Of a stretch of 64,000 nucleotides of DNA, positions 37,401-54,400 are shown piece after piece. The translations under genes and the position numbers were made by a program. The notes beneath the pieces were generated by a model. It was not told where the DNA came from. It saw nothing but the letters and a program-made list of their open reading frames with translations, and did no database searches. Numbering within the stretch: position 1 is the first letter of the stretch; every line of letters begins with the position of its first letter. This DNA comes from Chlorokybus atmophyticus (taxonomy: Eukaryota; Plantae; Mesostigma and Chlorokybus algae): contig RHPI01003587.1 of NCBI GenBank assembly GCA_009103225.1, positions 1 through 64,000 on the forward strand, given 5' to 3'.

Positions 37401-38490
37401 CTCCACCACCCAAGCATTGCAGTCAGATGGTGCCGTTGAGGTGACGGTGAGCGCAAAAGAGCAATAAGCAGTGTGCTTGACTGATGAATGACATGACGTT
37501 ATACGCAATGTCCATTCGCGTGATGAGGACATCTGCGCAGGATGGGCCCAAGCCCAAAGCCGTTGTCAACGCTGCAGCCAGGGAAAAAGTGTACATGGAC
37601 GAGATTCGGGAGCTCCAGTTCGACATGGTGTCATTGCTGGTACGTTGATCAGATTGTTGGCCTTGTAACGATAGACCAGGTGGCGACAGAGTTGCCTGCG
37701 TGTCTCCTCCACCGCTCACACGCACACGTGCGCGCAGGAGAAGGGCCATTACGCGCACTACTTTCGGCAAGAGATTGAGGCCAGTGAGAGCCGTGCAAGC
37801 AGTGGGAACGGGGCGGGGCGGGCGCTGCGTGTGATGCAGGAGATAAGCTCGCTGGCCACAAGCCTGCCGCTGTCGTGGAACTCTTCGGTGTTCTTACGCG
37901 TGGACGAGCGGCGGCAGGACGTGCTGAAGGCGGCCATCGTTGGTCCCGAGGGCACGCCGTATGCCAACGGCGTGTTCGTGTTCGACATATTCCTACCACC
38001 ACAGTACCCGGACGTGCCGCCGAAGGTGCAGCTCCTGACGACGGGTGGGGGTTTTGTACGCTTCAACCCCAACTTGTACGCAAGCGGGAAGGTGTGCTTG
38101 TCGTTGCTGGGCACATGGTCCGGGCCGGGCTGGCGCCCGGGTCAGTCCACACTGCTGCAGGTACTCGTCTCCATCCAGAGCCTCATCTTCGTGGAGCAGC
38201 CGTACTTCAACGAGCCCGGGTGGGAGCCGCAGCTCGGCACGCCCGCCGGCGCCGCCGCCTCCGAACGGTACAACAGCGAGCAGAGGGTCAACACGCTCGC
38301 CGTGGCAATCCTCCCCGCCCTCAACAACCCACCCACGCACTTCTGCGACGTCCTCGCCAAGCACTTCAAGCACAAGCGAGCCGCCATTGAGGCACAGTGC
38401 AACGCATGGTGCAAAGCGCTGCAGCAACAACGACCCGACCTACCTGCCACCGTGGCCTCCATCAAGCAACACCTCGCCAAGTACGCCTGA
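34492..38490 (+). CDS. BIRC6-type ubiquitin-conjugating enzyme with two RanBP2-type Zn fingers, RING-like and SAP-like domains
   Basis: C-terminal UBC: SLPLSWNSSVFLRVDE, GPEGTPYANGVFVFD, RFNPNLYASGKVCLSLLGTW and EQPYFNEPG. Also KWARGTGYG, two W-x-C-xx-CT fingers and CQLC..CSHRACRAC..C....C. About 10 exons. Start at 34492 or 34501. Confidence 0.85.
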
Positions 38491-39301
38491 CCCGCCACGG
38501 TGGTGCGCAGAGTCACTTTGTGTGCGTTGGTTGTGTGCAATATGTGCCTACGCTGCAACTTCCTGGCACACCGCTGGAACACACCACCTGCACACTCCTG
38601 CTGCAAGTGAGGCCTGTGCACATGCGCCAGCTATGTGATAGGTAGCTTGTACAGACAACATGCAAGTCTTGCCGGTGTGCATAATGTGGTTGCTAATGTA
38701 CCAGTAGCAGCACGTGCATCATGCACTCATGAAAATATGGACGTCAATAGTACAGTAGTGTTTTTTGCAACAGTTGTCGTTGGCCATCTACAAAAACTTG
38801 CATGCAACAGAAGTTATACGTAGCGCGGGGGTGAGTTGTACTATTGAATACTACTTGCTCTACTACGTACTGCTTACTTCCTGACATGCATAAGCACATA
38901 TATATATATAATTTCGTTGGTTTCACCGTCGCATGGGAGCGGTGTCCGTAAACCCATTACTGTTGCTGCATGCATGTTGAATGTCAGTTTCGCATACCAT
39001 GTTGTGCAACCTATGGGTGTGAGATCTAAAGGGTCCATGTTCATCACTTGTTGTACATTGATTGTTGATAATAACAGCAATGCACATTATCAGCGCAACC
39101 GAAGTACTGTTACGTGCTGTCTGCAGTCAACAACAGCTGCAACTCCCAAGGGCATGAGTGTCTGTGCACAGTCAACACCAGCTTTCATAAGTTGTAAGAG
39201 TGCAACAGGAACTCCCACCTACAAACAGCTGTACCCTGCATATGCTGAAGCAAACAAAGTAAGCGGAGCATTTAACTGCAGGTGCTCAACGCTGATGACC
39301 T

Positions 39302-42864
<3,563 letters not shown>

Positions 42865-45825
42865 CTTGACTGCCTCTTCTTGCACTGCTCAAGAACAACT
42901 TGCTCACACTCCGCCAGTAGCAGCTCACTTGCTACCGCAGCAATTGCAATGCAGGTGCACAGACGCCTACAGCCCAGAGCGCACAAACATACACACAAGT
43001 ACACAGCGCTGCATGCACCTGCCACAACGGGTGCCGCTGAAGGGAAGTAAGCCTGGAGCGCGAAGCAGCTTGCCAGTAACCGCTTGCAACGACTGAACTT
43101 ATCCCAACACACCCCGTGTTTATGTACACTACACTTGGCATGTGCTGACAACTCCTGCGCGTAGGTGCTTGGTATGCCCGCTCCCCCGCCTGCGGTACAG
43201 CAAGGGCTGAGTCAACGCGGAGTAGGCCTGATGGCTGAGTAAAGGGTACACTGAAAAGCACGGAGACAAAGCGGCGCGCAACAGAGAGTGCTCGGTTCGG
43301 CGCTTTGATTCGTTCCGTGCTGTGAAGGCGAGAGACGCGCATAACGCGCGTGACGATATTGGACATTGCAAACATCGGCCTCCAAGGTTAATGAACCATC
43401 CACGTCTATGCAGATTGCATTGCATTGCGAAAGGTACCATAAAGCATACCAGTAGGTTCAGCCCCTTAAATGCATCCACGACATTGATGCGCGTATAGCA
43501 TATAAATAGACCATGTCACACGTTGACAACACATAAGTATATGTGTTCCACGCAGCTTGCATGACCACTATGAGTATAATAGTGGGGTTGACAAAGAGTT
43601 GTGACGTATCATTATTGTCGAGAGACGATTGCTTGAACATAACATTATTCTGTAATCGTTATGAGTAATACGGTATAATTCTGGAGTCCCTTTTGTAATT
43701 GTCCCTTATCCATGGAAGGTATTGCAAATGAACCTTTACAAAGGGGGGGGGGGGNAAAGTATATACCTTACGTATATATGAGTCGTAGGGCAAGAAGGGC
43801 TAAGCCACCAACGTAGAGTCTATGGAGAATTTGGCACAAGGTTAGAAATTACATGTGTGCAAAAGAACGTTGAGGGTATTGGCTGCGTGCAACGCATACT
43901 ACATACATAACGTACACAGCACTATGCAAGTTAAACTCGCAGCTGCATGCCACCAATTAGCGCCACCAACAGCATGCATGAAATGCATGGAGAGTGTGGC
44001 GGGGAGGGGGCGGGCGTAGCACACAGCATAGCACCACATAATCCACAACACACGTGCTTGCTGTTCGTCTCCACGCCTCTACTACCACACCACTTGTTGC
44101 CGCACTGTGGACTCAAGCTGGTTGGTTGGTGCTTGCTGCTACTGCTATTTTAAGCTTCACCACCGGCACGTGGTGAAGAATTGCATTGCACATAAGTCAC
44201 TTAACATAGTGTAGTGTGATGGCTTCAGGTGTAATGTAAGTATGTTGCCTTGCTTTGTTTGCTTGAGTGCTGCTGTTGTTGTTCGTGTGTGTGCACAGAT
44301 TGCGTATAAAAATGAAAGCTACATATGTGCAATATGATGCATTACCTATGCATGGCAATCACACACACGCACCTTGGACTAGACACGACAATAGTATACC
44401 GGGCTCAACTACGCCCATATTGTCTACTTCTCTCTCCTACTTTAGGATTACAACTACCCCACCCTACTAGTAGTGTATGAGGTTCAGCCCTACCAGACAT
44501 TATGAAACATGCACATTACCCAAGGCAAGAGAGATAATGAATCTAAGCGGAGGATATGATATAAGCTAGCCCTACTCCAACCGCACCACATTACATGATC
44601 CATGTGCATGGCTCATACACAGTGTGCAAATGCATTGCAAGACTAGCTCCCGCACCGTTCTAATAGTAGGTTGCGGTGGGCAAGGCAAGATCTCGCCTTG
44701 TCGACACGGCGAAGAGGGGAACAACATGCATTTATGTAAATTGCATGTTAGATTAGCATACATGACATATGACACTGGTCGCATACCATTTTAGGCAAGT
44801 TATTAATGCCAATTTATTGTTTGGCATGTTAAACAATCTCGTAATTTAAGACAATGCATAGCGCACATGCTTGGTCATTGTCGTCGTCGTCATCCTTATT
44901 GTTATTAACGCGAGGCTAACCGCTGCTTTGGCCTCCCCTGCTCCGCTTTGCAAGTATAGCCCCTTCGGGTGTCGACCACCGTCCCAACCAGCCTGCTTTA
45001 CACATAGTTCCAACCCCCTTAGCACTAGGGTGGTTGTAATTTGCTGCTTGCGCAATGTCATGCTCTATGTGGATGTTACTGGGGGGCCCCTTTACCATAT
45101 GCTTAATGCATATGGTACAGGGCTATATGTTGCCTGTCAATATATGCCGCAACTCTCAAGGGCACTATCGTCTATCATTGTCTTATGTATATCAGAACTA
45201 AGACAAAGCGGTTGGAGCGCAACCCAGTAAAGCACATTGATCGTGCTGTTAGGTAAAGTAAAGTGCAGTAAAGTAAAGTACAGAGCAAGCGAGCTGAATA
45301 TATGAAAGGTATCATAGATATAATTACTTTCAAGTCTTATAAAACGGTTAATATTGGCATAAAAAGAGTAAATAAGTAAAGAATTTAATCAAAGAGTTGC
45401 TCAATTACGCTTTAACAATGCAGTTGGTAATACTAACTTCCTACAACTGCGTTGAGTCTTTTAGATCCTACCACTGCTACATAGTTTTTCAGATAGATGA
45501 TAATCAACTTTATTCTAGCCTTATCAGTCCAATTACGGTGACTTGCACGTACAAACCGTTAGCGTAATTAAGTTGAAGCAAATAAGATTATTAATGAATT
45601 ACATATAATAGACATAAGAGCTGTGCGAGGCACACACTCGCATGTGTAAGTGCTCAACTCCAATGATCTTGATGCACACCGAGGTAGGGTACATCCTCCC
45701 AAAACCTTGTTCCGACGAAGCATATTGTGGAGTGAGATAGCTGCATAGTGCCTCAGCGGTAAGTAACCTATCAAAGTTGGTGAGTTAATACACTCAATTC
45801 ACGCACACACACACCCACACACACC

Positions 45826-45830
<5 letters not shown>

Positions 45831-45909
<79 letters not shown>
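45831..45909. repeat. (AG)n microsatellite
   Basis: Direct observation. Confidence 0.95.
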
Positions 45910-45910
<1 letters not shown>

Positions 45911-45911
45911 N

Positions 45912-46572
45912 GCGATAAGGCATTGCAGGTACAGCAGTGCCATCACATGGCGTTGAGCAGCACCGCCGCAGCCTCACTTGCAAACATATCCGCCCAACAG
46001 ACAACCAACCCAGGCAACCAACCTTCTTCTCATGTTGCAATGAACCAAACCAATAAGTCTCTGAACAGCCAACCAATTTGACTGCTGCGTCTGCGCAGGG
46101 TCTCTGCCTTGGTGCGGTTGTTGTAGAAGCACCTGATGATGGCCGCATCCTGCGTGGTGTGGCTCGCAAACACCAACCAAAGCTGTATGGAGGGCTTGAT
46201 GCCGGTGCGATGCGACCGGGTTAGTTGCTTTGTTGTTGCTGAAAACCGATGTTCACTGTATGGGGGAACCCCGCTGCCCTGCTGCTCTTCCACCAGGGGA
46301 GTTGTTCACGGGGAGCAAGCGTCAGTGCTGTTACAGCTTGAGAGGCAACGCGTGCTGCTATGCGGGCATCTTGACGTACGGGCTTCATGCTGGCTTGCTA
46401 CTCAACGGTTGTGCGGGTGGTATTCAAGGCGCTCATGCTGTTGTGGGTGACTGAGACGGTCATGGTCTGGACTTTCAGGTGCTGTAACGACAGATCCCTT
46501 CTGCCTGCACATGAAACTTGTTGGCTGCAAGCGCTCCCACCGAGGTAGTTTACTTGCAGGCAAGCACGTTCG
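45912..46572 (-). pseudogene. Degenerate partial duplicate of the 3' exons and introns of the NIDO gene (about 40090-40760)
   Basis: Shared blocks include ATGGCGTTGAGCAGC..CCGCCGCAGCCTCACT..AACATATCCGCC, GAGGGCTTGATGCCGG, GGTGCTGTAACGACAGATCCC and CTGCAAGCGCT. The copy has a frameshift/TGA and a TAC>TAG change. Confidence 0.8.
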
Positions 46573-46808
46573 GTACGGACAGCACCAAGACTTGGGTCCT
46601 AAGGCAGTTAGTCAGCTGCCACACTCAGCAAACGTACCTCATGCGCAGCTTGCGGTGTGGAAGCCTAAAACTTTGGGGTAGCCAGTACTTGTGCTGTGAG
46701 CAGTAGACTTGTCGCTTGTTGCGCATGTACTACCGAGCTTGCTCAAGTGCTGCATACAAAGGCAACTCTAAGCAAACCACATTCTTGCTGCGCTCCAGGC
46801 TCAGCAAC

Positions 46809-47908
46809 CTACCTACCTTGTTCAAGTTTCTGGTTGTGCTCGTACTCTTGAAGCTGCAGCATGAACGAGGGGTTTGGTTCCGCAGAGTGCCGAACAGTCC
46901 TCACAGAGGCCAACGCATCTTGCAGTGTCATGTGCTGGCACTTTATAAGGTATGCCATTACAATAGTCACACTGCACAACGGAGCCACCTCTTCAGCATG
47001 TGCGCAGCGGCAAAAAGCATGTCTTGTGAAGCTATAGTCTTCAGCAAGCAGGAGGAATACATCTCGCATTCAAAGGCTGCAAGCTGACATACCTTCTGGA
47101 TCTGCCAGCATAGCAGTGGACCAGTATATTGCCCTTCAACCGCGCTTCGTCGATGAACTTGCATGCGGCATCAAAGTGCTCGTTGATGCGCGTGGAGACC
47201 GCATCCAACACTGCCGAGTTAAGTTGAAACCAGCACATGAGTAACGGTACAACGTCATCTGTTAGGCGTGACAGGCGTCATTGTTGTCACTGGCATCATA
47301 TGTGTGTCGCGTACGAGTACCATGCAACAGTGCGTCAAGCACTTGTTTAACTGCATTTGCGCAGATGAGCTTGTGCAGTTGTGCGAGCGAGCACTTGAGG
47401 GCGCATGTTGGGTTCAGCTGTTGCGCGGTGGACACACCTGGTATGACCATGTGCTCACATCCAGGTAGCTTCAGCTTTCTTTCTACCATGACAGTCACAA
47501 CATGCGTGATGTTGAGCTTCCTTAACACAGTGATGTTCCTGACTGCTCCCACTGCACTAAGGTAGAGGCCCTGCACAGAGTCAGCGAGTCAATGGTCAGC
47601 TTTGTTTTTGCGCAATGGACAAGATTGTCTTCGTGATGTAGGTTGACAGGCACCAACAGTTCGCAACCATGTGCGCTGCTATCAAGTCACAGTGCATACA
47701 TGCACACAGCGCAACTGGTATAAGACATGAAGCCTGCCACAGCATGCCAAAATAAGGTCCGAAGCGCATATTTGCATGCTCGGTTGTCAAAGTGAACTGC
47801 AACTATTTCAGATGCCGCTACACCGGAACTGTGCCACGGCGTACACACATAGTAATAGAGGTGGGTGCATATGCGCACGGGGTGGTGTGTTTGGGGGGGG
47901 GGGGGGGN

Positions 47909-47953
<45 letters not shown>

Positions 47954-48397
47954 CTCGTGGATTGTCTTTGGTACTTCTGCAACCCTAAACTCTGTGTTGC
48001 AAGCATATCACGCAACTAACAGATGCAACTCGTTACGTCTGCGCTACCTCGTGCGCTCTGCTGCAGGTGACTGACCAATGACTGCAATAATACAGCTTGT
48101 ACTCTCTTTTGCAAGTGGTATTACTTGTCACTCGTAGTTTGTACTGTAATGTTGCTGCAGCAACATTGTTGCTGACGATGTTGCTGTAGCAATATTCTAC
48201 AAACTCTCTACAAGTGCATGAGTTTACACACAATCAGCAGGTGGGTAAGCTAGCCCCCTCACCGGTATAACGGCAACAGGGACTTTCCAGCCGCTGCCCA
48301 GCACAGGCCGGCGGGCGGTCATAGTTCCAGCTGCAACAACGGTAGCATGTCCTGCCTCGCCGTCCGTGTTGTCGTTGCTACCACCATCGTCCTCCAT
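46809..48397 (-). CDS. Atypical dual-specificity protein phosphatase (DsPTP1-like), 4 exons
   Basis: PVAVIP|GLYLS, LNITHVVTV, IP|VLD, ILVHCYAGRSR|SVTIVMAYL and EPNPSFMLQL. Exon 1 is 48397-48263. Confidence 0.85.
47893..47953. repeat. poly-G tract with one N, in DUSP intron 1
   Basis: Direct observation. Confidence 0.9.
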
Positions 48398-51300
48398 GCT
48401 GAAGACACCCACCACCACTCTGTACGTTGCAACGAAACCTGAAGCCTACCACCGCCGCCGCCTCCTCCTCATAACATCAACAACATCGACGCCAACGCCC
48501 CTACCGTAACAACAACAACAACTTCCACCGCTGCCGTCGCTGCCGCGGACGCTGACAACGCTGCCGAGCTTTTTGAGGCGGTGGGCGGCAGCGAGGTTGC
48601 TGGCGGCGGCGGCGGCACGTGGCGTGCCTGTAGAGGTGAAGCGTTCGTCGCTGCTACGCATTGCTTGCAACCTTGGTGGTTGGGCGGGCAGGCACCCGCC
48701 TGCAGTGGGTCAGCTCGCCAGCTGACCAGCTAAGCAGCTGGCTTTGTGAAGTGTTGGCCGGAAGCAAGTAAGCAAGCAGCAGCGTACCCAAACAGCGGTG
48801 TTCGGGCTAGCTGCTGTCTGCATGCAGATACCACTTGTTGCGGCAGCTCGCAGGTTAGCTACCGCTGAATCCAACAGTCAACGTCGGGTCACCGGCTGCG
48901 CATGTGATGCTGGCTGCTTGAGACTAGCGCAGCTGCCATGGCATTGAAGAGACACCAAGCGTAGCCAACACAGATCAGAACTACGAAGACGTCTCAGATC
49001 AGAACTCTAAACTCATAAGCGTCTGGCCAGTGGCGTAGCCCAGCACAGCTTGAAGGTGCGTGTATGCTTCTGCTTGTGTGCTTTGTTGTTGCTCCCAGCG
49101 CCGAGCAAGGTGATCCGGGGATGCGGCCAACCGAAAGGTCGCTGTTGGTTGAGGGTATACTCTGTTAGGGTGGCTGTGAGAGGGCTCTCGTGTAGGCCTG
49201 CGGTAGCGAACCATTACAGCTAGCGTGGCCAGCACACAAGTTGATCTGGGACTGTTGCTGTTGCCATGGTAACAATCTGAAGGCTTGTTAGTGGACTCAC
49301 TTCATGACGGCATATCTGGGTATTGTTTGCTATAACAAAGGCCTGACACCTTGGAGCTTAGTCCAACAGCTTGCTCAATTACCCTGGAGTTGCTGCAGTT
49401 GGTTAGAGCTTAGGTTTAACCTGTGGGATGCTGACCGGCTAGGCACATTTCACCCCATTGCCTGGTAGTTTGGTGCGCTTTTGTGGTGTGTGCTTGATGT
49501 GTTACTGAACGAGTTTGTGCTTGCTTGTTTGCATTTACTCGCAGACAGGAGTTTCGTATGTGCTTGATGCGGAGGTTGGAAAAGTTTGGTATGCATATCA
49601 CACTCTACCATAAGCATGCGCATGTCACTTACAAGCAGGAGATCAAAGATACAATGCATGGCGCCCATATTAGCGAAGCTACGGTTGCAATTGCAAAGAC
49701 AACAAAGGTTTGCATAGGGCGTGCAAGTTAAGAGGTTTATCCAACGCAGTGTCATAAAGACTGAGTCGGTCTTTGTGACTGGTTTTGCCTTTCGTACCCA
49801 TATCTATCTAAACTATCTGTCACAGTAGAAACATAACAAAATGTATGATGCAGGTGTTTGGCTACGATTGCATCTCTTTGCAAACTTGCTAATAATGAAT
49901 AGTGTGCACACGGGGCAGGTAGCCCTGTTGCTCAATCATTGCGTAAGCACGTGCGAGTGCAGCTTGCATATGTTGGACCACTTTTTGTTGCCTACGTCTG
50001 AGGGAAATGTTATTCATTGTCTAGCAGTGCTTGCAAACAACACTTGCATGATATTGCTCTTTAATGGCACTGATGGGTGTCATGCGTCGACTTTCATTGA
50101 TGCACCATCAAGTTTATGCTTACTCTCACGTATCGTTCGGCACGAATGGAAGCATTAGGAAGTTATAAATTAAAAGCTCTCTTCTACCCTATGACCATGC
50201 CTCCCCCCCCCACCCACTAGGTGTGGCACACTGCGGTCCACCGCGCAATCAACCACACCTTTACCACTGCCAACCGCCTTAACATCAACCATATTAAGAA
50301 ATATGGATTACGTATTGCTGTACAATGCGCGCTCTCAAGCCTATTCAAGTTAGCTTCTAATAACACGTGCTGATATCAACTTGTATATATCTTGAAGATA
50401 TATTCAGGAGAGCGCATTATACAGCAATACATGCGGTAAACGCATGGCATCCCAACCGCTTAACAGCTGTGAATAAATAAGCATGCGCATATATATGTAC
50501 CATAGTTGGCGTTTTGATTTTACCTATAAACATACTCTCCTTTCCAACATTTGTGATAATGTAGCATCAAATTAAACTCATTATAAAACAGTTGCTAGTG
50601 CTAAACGGCGCGTAGCATGTATTCAATACATATTGATTATATTGTGATTAACAGATAGTTGGTAGGTTATAAAAGTGTAATGTACACTATTGTTACCGAC
50701 TATGTCAACATTGTAAATACTGTACAAAAACTTTGTGTGACATTGACGGTAAGCACGCGCGCGCTAACAAAACGGTCTTATGGGTTGCAAGTAAAAGCAT
50801 GCATCATCATGTCAAGTTGGATCAATGTATTATTCCCTTGCTATAAGAGTGATTGACGTTTATCAATGGTTTTTCCCTTGCAACAGCATGCATGCATGTT
50901 ATGTAGCTTATCTTGTACTCTGACGTATCGTATTTGTGCGAATACAAAACCCCCTTTGGACCCCTTAGCACAACACCCCCGGGGGCGGGGTTCGCATAAA
51001 TACGGTAGTTGGGCCACCAGCACGCCCGATCCACAGAACACAAGGGGATTCGCTCACATCGAGGGACTCTTATACCGCGGGCTGCAGTTTCCTGCCCGTG
51101 CCGTGCCGTGAAGTCGCCCGTTGGACCGCCCCGCCACAAACCAGTCCAGCGGCACGTGACGGAGGGCGAGAATACCGGTAGGCAGCAGGCGCCCGGGGAG
51201 GACATGACCGACATTGCCGCCAAGCGGGGGAGATGACCGCGGGGGTCGCCGCCAGGGCAGAGATGGGCGACGCCAAGGGGCGGGGGCAGGGGCGCACGCT

Positions 51301-51402
51301 CCAATGCTGAGGGACCTCCCCCCTGAAATGAGGCGACGGCGGCGCGCCGCCCCCTCCGTGGGCACGGGGGCGGCGCCCAGGGGAGCGATTAGGGTTACCA
51401 CA

Positions 51403-54400
51403 ATGGCGGCGATGACGGCGATGGTGGTGCTGTTGGTGCTGCCTTTCATGGCAGCTGCAGCAGGTGAGAAAAGGTTTTACTGGTTGACTGAAGTTAGTTA
51501 CTTGCATTGGTTTAGCCAGCCAGGAAAATCTTCAACAACCCATGGGCTTGGTCAACCACAACACAAAAGCAACCGCATCACACAATAAGCAATGGGGCAG
51601 TGTTTCAACATCATCGCGCAAATCGAATATCCACAACGACGCCGCAGCAACACTAGTAACACATACTCAATGCAACGTACATTACTTACTGTGCTTTTAG
51701 TTTGCCACGAACAAGGCAACGATTATCTTGCCAACGTAATGTTTGTGAAGTGCATTGTGACAGTCAGGTAGACATTGCTTCTGAACTTAGTTTACTGTTG
51801 TTTCAACACAATGGGGTACGTGTCTCGGGGTTGGCCATCCACGGAAGACTATCAATTTTTGGGCTTAGACTACAACGCAGGGGCAACCACAACACAATAA
51901 TTGCTAATGTGTTGTTTGAACACCACTGTGTAGTTAGAAACAACACACTGATGTCAATGCACTCAATACAGAGTGAATAGCTTCTGTGCTGTAAAACGTA
52001 CATACGCAGCTGCAATCGTTATCTCTACAAAGTGTGGTGATATAGTCACGTATCAATGCCTTTGTGAGTGTCACAGCATAGAAGCAATGATTACCTCCGT
52101 TACAGTCTTTCATACACCTACATACATAAGTAGCTACAGAAGTTCAGATTTCACTCAGTCTGCAGCAGATTTGCCAAAGTGAGCTTGCAACCTTCCGTTT
52201 CAATATGGCACAAACACACATCCTCAAGAGCCAAGTAGTAGATACGCAATTGGTAGGCCTTGGTACACCTAAGTTGTGATGACACGTACTCCTGGTGTTG
52301 AAGTTTATTCCAAACTCCAAGGCAACAGTCTCACGCATGACATATCGACCTTGGTTTACGCAATGCTCAAGCACTAGATCAGGTGGTTTCCATCATTGAC
52401 ACCAGCCAATGCATCAGTGTCCGTGTCACCATGCCTGCGTGCTGGCCTCGTGTGTACATGTGCATTCTGCATCTTGATACCACACATGGTCACATATGCA
52501 TCTCATGTGGTGATGTGCATTGTGTCACCAGCCGACTTGCAAGGCCCATCGTTGTTGGACTCGATGATGTCGGAGGAGGCTTCGGGTTCACTTCGCGGCG
52601 TGCCGAGCTCCCTGCGCAACATGCTGCTGTACGCGCAGCATCTTGCCGACGGGGGCGGGAGCGAGCGTGATGGTGTGGTCGTATCGGGCGGCGTTCGCAC
52701 GCACCAACACCAACAACAAGATGGAGGAAGGAAGCTGCTCGCGCCGGGAGATGACACAGGGATGGGTTGCGGATTCTATGACGTCTTCTATGAGGGGTGC
52801 ATGCCCTGCTTTTACGGGTAGGTTGTTGTCGCTAGTCAGGTCCGCATACTACCAGTCTACACAATGTGGGTGCTTGTAATACATCAATCACAACATCATC
52901 ATGTGAACGTGTATGTGACTGATTTGCAGGCCTGCGGCGTGTGTGCCTTCGGGGACGTTCTACGATGAGTTTGCAGACTTCTATCAAGGCGAGGTGCGCG
53001 AGTCCTCCACCACCACGTACGAGGACTCCTTCACCGACCCAACTGGTTTCGCCTTCGGTGACCGTTCAGCCTCCAGCCTGTCACCTGTGTATTGGTCCCG
53101 CCGCACGCCCGCAGTTACGCCTTCGGGCGAGCCTTATCTCGGCCACGTCCCCGCACACACACACCTCGACATGGGCGTCACACAACTCCCGTCCAGTCCC
53201 GCGCAAGTGAAGCTGTCGTTTGAGCTTGTTGTTGTTGGCGGCGTGAGCAGCGTGACTGATGTTGTTGTGGAGCTTCTGGGTGAGGAAGGCGGGATGGCTG
53301 TGTTGGTGGCCGAGTCGAAAGAGTACGTGTCGAGACATGTGTTGGGCACCCCGTCGTATCGGTACGAGTACTGGTTCAACCACACGGGATCCAACATGCG
53401 CGTGCGCTTCACCGCGGTGGAGATGGACGAGGACGCAACGTGGGGTCTAGACAACGTGTCGCTGCGCACGCTCGTTGAGAACAACGCGCCCGAGGTGATG
53501 GACAGAGACATCCACACGCTGCCAGACCAACCCGCCACAATCGAGCTGCGTGGCTTCGACGAGGAGTGTGACAACCTCGATTTCGTCATTACGAGTCTCC
53601 CAACAGAAGGACGCCTCTTTTTCTGCGACTGCGAGTCCATATGGAGCGAAGCCCTCACACCCAACATGTTGCCGGCAGTGGTGCCGGGCCCGTGCCAACG
53701 TGTGGTTTATGCGCCTAGGGCAGACTCACCATCGGTCACAACCAACTCTGTCCCCTTCGACACGTTCACATACAAGGCCATTGACTCACTCTCACTGTCT
53801 TCTCCGGCCGGGTGGATTCGCATCTATGTGGAAGCGGACAACACGCCCACGCCAGTTGCTGGTGTGGAGGGCTACGCGTTGGCTTTTGATGGCATCGATG
53901 ACGTGTTGAGCATCGCACGCACACCCGCCACGCTCTCGTCATACTCGTCATTTACGGCTGAGCTGCGCTTCAAGCCCGCGGGCGATATCGGCGAATCCAT
54001 GGCCACATTGATGTCGAGGGTGGGGTCCTTTGCGCTGCGGATATCGCAGGTGGGTGGTATTGGCTTTGAGCTCATCACCGAGGTGGACACGCTCTCTTCG
54101 TGGAGCTTTGCATTGTACAACGATAGGTTGTGGCACCACGCTGCGTTGACCTTCAATGGCACTGTGGCTGCGCTGTATGTTGACGGCGAGTTGATTGCAA
54201 GTGCGGAGAGTGACAGTGATACGGTCATCCTGGCTTCTGACATCGGCATCACGGTTGGTGCGGACTCCAACAGCACACACGCAGGCGTGAACAGCGCCTT
54301 CCAGGGCCACATCGATGAGATCAGGCTGTGGTCCGTGGCTTTGAGTGGCGAGAAGGTGGCTGCATTGTTCAACTACACAACAACGTTGTCTGGGACAGAG

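Noticed and set aside
24115-38490. Phosphate-homeostasis cluster (phytase plus PHO2/UBC24-like E2)
   Set aside because: The E2 carries BIRC6-type motifs (WARGTGYG, SLPLS) rather than evidence of PHO2 orthology.
48446-48670. Low-complexity ORFs upstream of DUSP
   Set aside because: GCC/AAC-rich leader region. The exon at 48397-48263 already supplies the expected N-terminus.
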